NCBI GenBank assembly: GCA_019058315.1
Contig: JAHPZH010000002.1
Span: 800,001-864,000, forward strand
Reading direction: 5' to 3'
Source of the DNA: Candidatus Helarchaeota archaeon
GTDB taxonomy: Archaea > Asgardarchaeota > Lokiarchaeia > Helarchaeales > RDOG01
DNA: 64,000 nucleotides
Positions 57,620-64,000 of this stretch are shown here, one piece after another. Made by a program: the position numbers and the translations under genes. Numbering within the stretch: position 1 is the stretch's first letter; the number at the start of each line of letters is the position of its first letter. The notes below the pieces were generated by a model. That model made no database searches. It worked only from the letters and a program-made list of their open reading frames with translations, and was not told where the DNA came from.

Positions 57620-58528
57620 ATGAGTCTAATTTTGGCTATAATTTTTGGTCTACTAGCTTATGCAGCATTAAATATCGGAATGGTTCTAGAAAAAAAAGGC
57701 GCAAGTACACTACCACAAATTGAAAACACTTCTGCTCTAGATAACCTTAAAAATTTTCTTGGTTGTAAAATCTGGGTAATTGGGGCATTAATAACTTTTT
57801 CACAGGTATTTCTCTTAATGATTGCTTTAACAATGGCTCCTCTATCATTAATCTCTCCCCTTTTCGGATTCGGTCTCGTTGTGCTGGCGTTCTTTTCGAA
57901 ACTATATTTAAACGAAGATATAAATAAAATAGAATATGCAGGTATAAGCATTACAATTTTCGGGATTATCTTATTAGGATTGTTTTCTAATCCTAATGAA
58001 ATAACTTATACAGTAAATGAAATTGCTGGATTATATTTTTCCCCTTTTTCTTTTATCTACTTTATAAGTATGATAATTTTTACGATAATACTTTGTATCT
58101 ATAGTATCTTAAATAATTATAAATTGGCAGCTATCATTTTCGGGTTTGCTAGCGGAATCGCAGGAGCTTTCGGAAATATTTTTATGAAAGGTGTATCTTC
58201 TGGTGTCGGTCAATTTACACTAGAATCAACTATAATTAATATACTTTGGATTTTGATGCTAATTTTCTCATTTATGGGAAGTGGGGTTTCAATGATGTTA
58301 CTCCAGATGGGATTTCAAAAAGGAAGAGCGGTTCTAGTGGCACCGATTTATTCTATCATCGCTATGCTCTATCCAACAATCAGCGGTATCATCATTCTTG
58401 GAGAATGGGCTGGACAGTTGTTCCTTAATATACTAATCCAATCTACTGGGATAATTATTATTGTATTAGGAATTATTATCTTGTCTTTCTATAATGAATT
58501 GAAAAAAGTAAAATCCGAAGAGTCTTGA
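57620..58528 (+). CDS. DMT-superfamily (NIPA-like) membrane transporter
   Basis: GMVLEK, WVIG, ALTMAPLSLISPL, LNE, Q.GFQKGRAVLVAP and GIIILGE. Confidence 0.8.
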   Translation: MSLILAIIFGLLAYAALNIGMVLEKKGASTLPQIENTSALDNLKNFLGCKIWVIGALITFSQVFLLMIALTMAPLSLISPLFGFGLVVLAFFSKLYLNEDINKIEYAGISITIFGIILLGLFSNPNEITYTVNEIAGLYFSPFSFIYFISMIIFTIILCIYSILNNYKLAAIIFGFASGIAGAFGNIFMKGVSSGVGQFTLESTIINILWILMLIFSFMGSGVSMMLLQMGFQKGRAVLVAPIYSIIAMLYPTISGIIILGEWAGQLFLNILIQSTGIIIIVLGIIILSFYNELKKVKSEES

Positions 58529-58560
58529 GATTTTAATCCAAATTTGTTAGTATAAATTAA

Positions 58561-58579
58561 AAAGATTAACTTAATCTTT
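58561..58579. terminator. Palindrome followed by T tracts between convergent genes
   Basis: AAAGATTAA-C-TTAATCTTT followed by T7 and T10 runs. Confidence 0.35.
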
Positions 58580-58609
58580 ATTTTTTTGAATCTTTCAATT
58601 TTTTTTTTA

Positions 58610-58891
58610 CTATAAAGCCTCCCAATATGAATATTTGGTTTTTATTATAACACCCACAATAACCAAAAAAACCCCTGGTGCTATAAAAAATACTCCCAAT
58701 CCTATGTAAAGTGAGTAAAATGAAGCACGGTTATAAAATTTCTTAAGATAATGAAAAAATTCTGGAGATGAACTTGGTCCAAATATAATAATACATATTC
58801 CAAAAACAATAAGACTAACTCCGAGTATTATTTGGGCCGTAGATCTCTCATATGCCATTCTTCGCCAACTAGTAATTCTTAACATCTCCAA
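58610..58891 (-). CDS. Small 2-TM membrane protein
   Basis: Two hydrophobic segments; start codon uncertain. Confidence 0.55.
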   Translation of the reverse strand: MEMLRITSWRRMAYERSTAQIILGVSLIVFGICIIIFGPSSSPEFFHYLKKFYNRASFYSLYIGLGVFFIAPGVFLVIVGVIIKTKYSYWEAL

Positions 58892-59096
58892 AAGTGTTTT
58901 ATATAAATATGAAATTTAAATTAAAAATTTAAAAAATTCCTCTACTTTAGGATTTAAATATGTGTATTTGTAATTTTAATTAATAATTATACCCCATCGG
59001 AATTAAGGGAGAATTAATAATGATTAAAAGGAGAAATTTATGGAAATTATTAAATTTACTTCTCTTGAATGGGACAAGAAGGTATTCTATTTTTAA

Positions 59097-60788
59097 TTGC
59101 GCATAGTAGGTGTCTTTTTGGATGAAATATCAACTTTTTTGGATTATCTACACAAAATTATGATTTTAGTTTTAATGATTTTAACAATTATATCTATTTT
59201 TTTCCTGAACATACATTCTAATCTTTGGATTTTTTATTTGCTTGGAATAGCTCTCTCAAGCTTATCAATAATCCTATTTTATGTTGGTGGTAAACAAGAC
59301 ATCAATAAATTGCCAATTTTAGGTATAATTGTATTACAAATTGGTACAATTTTTATGTTAATAGATTTATTCACTAATATATATTGGAAAAAAGCCCAAA
59401 TAGGAAGTATTGTTTTAATTTTTTTAATTAAACTTTTTACTAATGAATCTACTGTAGTAATTGATACTACATCATTAATATTATTAGCAATAATAGACGC
59501 TGGAAGTTCAGATATTGATTCATTGCGTTCTCAAATATCATTACCTTTTATCCAGATTGTAATAGGAGTTTTTGGATATGTAATAAAAAGATATGAATGG
59601 TCTAGGGCTCGAATATTATCAAAACGAATTCCACCTACTTACAAGGATATTAGTAAATTTACTTGTCCCACATGTGGAGAAAAATGTATTTCAAGTTTTA
59701 TTGGTCATAGCCTTAAGAAACCAATTTATCAAATCGTTTTAAAATGCCCTATTCATAAGAATGAGATTACCATTCCAGAAAATGATATTAAATACTATAT
59801 AGAAGATATTGTAAAAAGTACTTTAACTTGTAAACATTGCGGAATAAGTGGTTCGGAAATTAAGACAGAAGATCACCAAATATATACATTTGGATTTAGA
59901 CAATTTAAATTAGGTTTTGAAATTTTTTGTTTAAAATGTAGAAAAAGATCTTATTATTCTATTTCAATTAATTTATACTCTCTATTCTATGAGAATTATT
60001 TTGATATTTTAAAAAAGCAATTCAATTCTAAGCTTATAACAGAAAATCGCGAAGATATTTTATGTTCGAAATGTAAAAATTCTATTCTCGCAAGAAAAAT
60101 TCAATTTAAAAACAGAATGGTTTATATTAAAGGTATCTGCTTGGGTTCTGAACATCATCATGTTAAAATGCAATTAGAATTGGATCAATATAATTGGCTG
60201 AATCTTCTTCCAAAAATAATAAATGTATGTAAAAATTGTGGCTCAACTGATTTATTGATTAGAGAATTAAATTTCAAATATTCTTCCAGTGAACATACAA
60301 CTGAAATTCCGTACCGAGTAATTATCCAAACTTGTAATAAATGCGGAACAAAAAATAAATCGCTGTTAGGACTTTACTTTTATCAAATTTATCGAAGGGC
60401 TCTAAGAGAAACTAAAATAAAACCTTATGAAGGGAAAACTTTATTTTGCACAATATGTGGATCTAAAAGTTTATTAGGAAAAGTAGAATTGAAGCGAAAT
60501 GTATTACAAGCAATTCTATATTGTGAGAAAGGACATTTTACAAATAAAATATTAGCACTTGATAGAAAAAATGTCTGGATAAATACAATTTTATCAGGAG
60601 TAAAAATTTGTAAAAATTGTTTCTCACCAAATGTGAGAGTTAAATTAATAGCCTTAAATTATTCATTACTTAGGCAAATAAAAAGTACCAAAATCAAATT
60701 AGAGTGCCTAGATTGTAAAAAAAGAAGAGATATAGTAATAAATAATTTAATTTTTGATGAAATGATGGATTTTTTATTCAATGAGTAA
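59097..60788 (+). CDS. Membrane protein with six tandem zinc-ribbon units
   Basis: N-terminal TM helices, then three ~125-aa repeats of CxxC..Cx(2-5)H..CxxC..CxxC. Confidence 0.75.
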   Translation: MRIVGVFLDEISTFLDYLHKIMILVLMILTIISIFFLNIHSNLWIFYLLGIALSSLSIILFYVGGKQDINKLPILGIIVLQIGTIFMLIDLFTNIYWKKAQIGSIVLIFLIKLFTNESTVVIDTTSLILLAIIDAGSSDIDSLRSQISLPFIQIVIGVFGYVIKRYEWSRARILSKRIPPTYKDISKFTCPTCGEKCISSFIGHSLKKPIYQIVLKCPIHKNEITIPENDIKYYIEDIVKSTLTCKHCGISGSEIKTEDHQIYTFGFRQFKLGFEIFCLKCRKRSYYSISINLYSLFYENYFDILKKQFNSKLITENREDILCSKCKNSILARKIQFKNRMVYIKGICLGSEHHHVKMQLELDQYNWLNLLPKIINVCKNCGSTDLLIRELNFKYSSSEHTTEIPYRVIIQTCNKCGTKNKSLLGLYFYQIYRRALRETKIKPYEGKTLFCTICGSKSLLGKVELKRNVLQAILYCEKGHFTNKILALDRKNVWINTILSGVKICKNCFSPNVRVKLIALNYSLLRQIKSTKIKLECLDCKKRRDIVINNLIFDEMMDFLFNE

Positions 60789-60872
60789 TCAATAATGAAA
60801 AAAATAATTACAAGTGGTATAATAATTGTTTATAATTATAATCTAGAATTTCAATGTGTTAATTAAATTAAT

Positions 60873-61085
60873 CTAATCCTTTAATTTATTGAAAAAATCA
60901 AGAAGGCTTATAATTCCGGGAATAAAAAGCAAAAATCCAAATATAATTTCTATCGTATGTTTATCACTAGCAAATACTGTCCCTGAACCAAACACAAATC
61001 CTGGAAATAAAATAAATATTAATCCTAGTAGGAAACATGCGATACTACCTATTAATGATAAGGCTGCTGATAAGTTTATTGCCAA
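60873..61085 (-). CDS. 70-aa 2-TM protein, copy 1
   Basis: 66/70 aa identical to 63380..63592; GAGGT SD. Confidence 0.75.
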   Translation of the reverse strand: MAINLSAALSLIGSIACFLLGLIFILFPGFVFGSGTVFASDKHTIEIIFGFLLFIPGIISLLDFFNKLKD

Positions 61086-61127
61086 TATATAACCTCAATC
61101 TATTGGATTCTTCAATATTTTATCCAT
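60873..61127. repeat. ~255-bp dispersed direct repeat, copy 1 (copy 2 at 63380-63634)
   Basis: Ungapped alignment at offset 2507 covering the gene and 42 bp upstream. Confidence 0.9.
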
Positions 61128-61737
61128 AATTTCTTATTGGTCTAAAAAATCTTAAATTTGCTCCACAGAAATAACAAAATTGATTATTATCTTGAATTTT
61201 GTTATCACAAATTGGACAAATTAAATTCTGTTCTATTACTGACATAATTGTTCTCATTTTTATGAAAAATATTGTTCCTAAGCTAAATCCTGCTAAAACA
61301 ATGAGTAAATGAATGATTGTATAATAAAAATTAACAGTTGGATTTCCATAATTTCTAATAATAATTATAAAGGAAAGAATTTCATGATTAAGTTCTTTTA
61401 TTGTAATAAGCTCATGAAGGGAAAATATAAATAATGAATTGTTAATTACAATTTGGTTCTGAACCCAAAAAATATTATAAATATTGCTTATTACCAATAA
61501 TGTCCATCCAATCAATCCAATATTAGTCATATTTCTTACGATTTTCATATTTTTAACTGATAATCCAATGAAATATAAAGGACCTGACAATAAATAGATT
61601 ATATTACCAATTCCATAAAAAATACTAATTAATTCATTATTATCAGAAGGAAGTTTAAAGACTAGAAACGAAACAATGGAAAATAATGATAAGAAAAATA
61701 GAAACCTTACCGAATCATCTAATATTCTATTTTTCAT
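61120..61737 (-). CDS. 4-TM membrane protein with C-terminal zinc ribbon
   Basis: CPIC...FCYFCGANL. Confidence 0.75.
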   Translation of the reverse strand: MKNRILDDSVRFLFFLSLFSIVSFLVFKLPSDNNELISIFYGIGNIIYLLSGPLYFIGLSVKNMKIVRNMTNIGLIGWTLLVISNIYNIFWVQNQIVINNSLFIFSLHELITIKELNHEILSFIIIIRNYGNPTVNFYYTIIHLLIVLAGFSLGTIFFIKMRTIMSVIEQNLICPICDNKIQDNNQFCYFCGANLRFFRPIRNYG

Positions 61738-61783
61738 TTGTAATCACTTATCTAAAATTAAATAAATTCTAAATTCCGGCTTC

Positions 61784-62275
61784 TTAATTATGTTCTATAT
61801 ATTTATTCATTAAATTGTATACAGATCTCGTTTCTTCTACCCAAATTCCTGAAATAATTATAGGTTTATTCTCATTTTCTAAGAAAATATGAATTGCTTC
61901 ACGCTCTTTATAGTCAAACCTTATTCTACTTCTGCCAATTTTAACTATCTTAAGTTCTTTGATTGAATTCCAAGAAATAAATCTATATTTAAAAAAACCA
62001 AATGGTTTCTTAATTTTTATACCATTAGAAAATAAAATCAAATAAGATCCATGAAATTGAAGACCAATCCAAATAAGGAATATAAAAATAATTAAAAATA
62101 TAATTGTAAAAGTACGTAAAGTAATTAATAATTGTGTTTCCATATATGAACTGATTAACTGATAAAAATAAATTATGGGAACCCCTATTATTAAGGGCGA
62201 CCACATTAAAGGTATCCAAATCCAAAGTCCTCTATAAAAATAGTCTATTTTACTTTTAAGTAATATATCTGACAA
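61784..62275 (-). CDS. 2-TM protein with PH-like cytoplasmic domain
   Basis: YLILFSNGIKIKKPF...FISWNSIKEL pattern; paralog of the gene at 63648. Confidence 0.65.
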   Translation of the reverse strand: MSDILLKSKIDYFYRGLWIWIPLMWSPLIIGVPIIYFYQLISSYMETQLLITLRTFTIIFLIIFIFLIWIGLQFHGSYLILFSNGIKIKKPFGFFKYRFISWNSIKELKIVKIGRSRIRFDYKEREAIHIFLENENKPIIISGIWVEETRSVYNLMNKYIEHN

Positions 62276-62635
62276 TTTGAGATCTCTAGATGTCCTTTAT
62301 TTAATTTTTAATAATAAATTATTTTATTAAATGTATATGAGATTTCCAACTCATTATTGTAAAATTGATTTGATGTAAAATCAATTTAAATTTATAAAAT
62401 TCTTCAGATTTTATTTCTTATCTTATTTTAATTACTTTTTCTTCTTTTTGGGAAATACATTTGAAAAGTATAAAAAATAAAGAATAACTTAACAGATTAT
62501 TAGATAAAATGTAAAGAATTTATAGATTTTATACTTTTTCTTGGAAATTCAAACAAATAGGAAATTATTATATTAAGTTTTCTCCAGTAATCAATAATGA
62601 AAAAAAGTCCAAATAGATTTTAGGGAAGGTTTTTT

Positions 62636-63199
62636 ATGTTAGAATTAATAAAAGAAGAACAAAAACTATTCATCCTCAATTTAGTCACTATTTTCAGTTT
62701 TTGCCTCTATGCATACGGAATTTACTTACATGTCGCAATTAGGGGACTAGTTTGGGGAAATATGGCGATTGATCTCTCGATTCAAATTCTGGGTCCTGTA
62801 TTTGGGGTTGTAATGGTTGTTGTGTTGGGATGTATTATACTATTTATTAGCTTCTATATCGACCAATTCCGAGCAACTAATGTCTTTTTGTGCTGGTTCT
62901 GGATATTTTCACTTTATCAATGCGCAATTAATTCATTTTTAGCTTTCAATGGACTGCCTAATGAACCTATAAATCAGTTTTTTAAATGGTTGTTTCCCAC
63001 CCTTTGGTATCCCATTAAAGAGATTTGTTTCGTTCTAATTGCTCTTCTTTTAACCTATGTCTTTCAAAAAAAGATAGTTAAAAAAGAATTTGATAAACTG
63101 GATATTTTCTTAATAACTATTTTAAGTGTTGGACTTATTCTAGCCACCCTTATGAGTCAATTGTTTTTAATCAATGCTAACATACTTACTTACTCTTGA
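62636..63199 (+). CDS. Hypothetical multi-TM membrane protein
   Basis: About five hydrophobic segments; GGAAGG SD. Confidence 0.7.
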   Translation: MLELIKEEQKLFILNLVTIFSFCLYAYGIYLHVAIRGLVWGNMAIDLSIQILGPVFGVVMVVVLGCIILFISFYIDQFRATNVFLCWFWIFSLYQCAINSFLAFNGLPNEPINQFFKWLFPTLWYPIKEICFVLIALLLTYVFQKKIVKKEFDKLDIFLITILSVGLILATLMSQLFLINANILTYS

Positions 63200-63379
63200 G
63201 AAATTTTGCATAGTATCAGAAAAATGAAAATAACATATAAATAAGGAAACACCAGGATTAATCTTACCTAATATTAATTATAGAGCCATGAAAGTCAACA
63301 CTCTGGCAGCAAACTTCTATGCTCTTACAAGAATTTGTTGTTCAACCCAAGAATATTATTAAAGCGTTAATTGTATGTT

Positions 63380-63592
63380 CTAATCCTTTAATTTATTGAA
63401 AAAATCAAGAAGGCTTATAATACCTGGAATAAATAGTAAAAATCCAAAAATAATTTCTATTGTATGTTTATCACTAGCAAATGGTGTCCCTGAAGAAAAC
63501 ACAAATCCTGGAAATAAAATAAATACTAATCCTAGCAGGAAACATGCGATACTACCTATTAATGATAAGGCTGCTGATAGGTTTATTGTCAA
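63380..63592 (-). CDS. 70-aa 2-TM protein, copy 2
   Basis: Near-identical to 60873..61085. Confidence 0.75.
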   Translation of the reverse strand: MTINLSAALSLIGSIACFLLGLVFILFPGFVFSSGTPFASDKHTIEIIFGFLLFIPGIISLLDFFNKLKD

Positions 63593-63634
63593 TATATAAC
63601 CTCAATCTATTAATTTCTTCAATATTTTATCCAT
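63380..63634. repeat. ~255-bp dispersed direct repeat, copy 2
   Basis: Aligns to 60873-61127. Confidence 0.9.
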
Positions 63635-63647
63635 TATCCTCAATTTT

Positions 63648-64000
63648 TTATTTTCTCTCATATGATTCAATATAATCTAGCATTATAGAATAAGCGTATT
63701 CTATCTTATCTACCCATTTTCCAATAATATGAAAAGATTTCTTTTGATTCTTAAGTGAAAAACTAATAGCATTATACTTCGTATTATCAAAAATATCTTT
63801 AGTATAACCATATTCATATAGTATAATTTCTTTTATTGAACTCCAAGAAATGAATTTATGATTAAATAAACTAAAAGGGTTCCTAATTTTTACACCATTT
63901 GTATAAATTATTAAATAAGATCCAATAAATTGGAATGTTATCCAGATTGTAATTACATCCCAACTTAAGAATATAATCAATGTAAATATTAAACCCCTTA
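63648..64000 (-). CDS. TM + PH-like protein, paralog of 61784..62275 (5' truncated by the window edge)
   Basis: QFIGSYLIIYTNGVKIRNPF...FISWSSIKEI...IIGKWV; the frame is open to the window edge. Confidence 0.7.
   Translation of the reverse strand, partial: RGLIFTLIIFLSWDVITIWITFQFIGSYLIIYTNGVKIRNPFSLFNHKFISWSSIKEIILYEYGYTKDIFDNTKYNAISFSLKNQKKSFHIIGKWVDKIEYAYSIMLDYIESYERK

Noticed and set aside
11457-59096. Genome-wide TAA recoding (in-frame TAA at 11457, 45643 and possibly 59094)
   Set aside because: TAA is the normal stop of most well-conserved genes here. Isolated nonsense changes or sequencing errors are more parsimonious, and the 59094 case has no homology support.
61086-61127. In-frame ATG...TGA upstream of both 70-aa genes as selenocysteine read-through
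   Set aside because: The TGA is part of the TGAGGT Shine-Dalgarno for the TTG start, the ATG derives from the upstream gene end, there is no redox motif, and no SECIS is shared by both copies.

Overview
Very AT-rich, gene-dense archaeal chromosomal window. An Asgard (Loki/Hel-like) source is inferred from three Ras-superfamily small GTPases, longin-like, roadblock-like and DENN-like domains, a TrmB-family regulator and archaeal-type enzymes. Housekeeping content: lpdA 3' end, rubredoxin (missed by the ORF track), 2-oxoacid:ferredoxin oxidoreductase, CorA, SPFH, methyltransferases, PHP hydrolases, GH36/GH29 glycosidases, MFS transporters, MutY/UvsE, CocE, Eis-like GNAT and alkylsulfatase. Mobile or recombination content: a solo TnpB element with a structured right end, and a tyrosine recombinase with a CxxCxxxCxxC insert beside two paralogous unknown genes. 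The strongest candidate for an undescribed system is 51.9-58.5 kb: roadblock-like, TrmB, Rab-like GTPase, longin/DENN, stand-alone 7TM, GT4 and DMT genes, all on the + strand. A palindromic operator-like motif (TGTATCAnTGATACA) recurs in three upstream regions and a 17-bp repeat array precedes the DENN gene; together they suggest a receptor-GEF-GTPase-transcription factor module. Also notable: 7TM-longin and MFS-longin fusions, a triple-AAA ATPase, a membrane protein with six zinc ribbons, two genes broken by a single in-frame TAA, and a duplicated, shuffled small-membrane-gene block at the right end. No rRNA, tRNA or CRISPR array was seen. All family calls come from motif recognition by eye, not from database searches.
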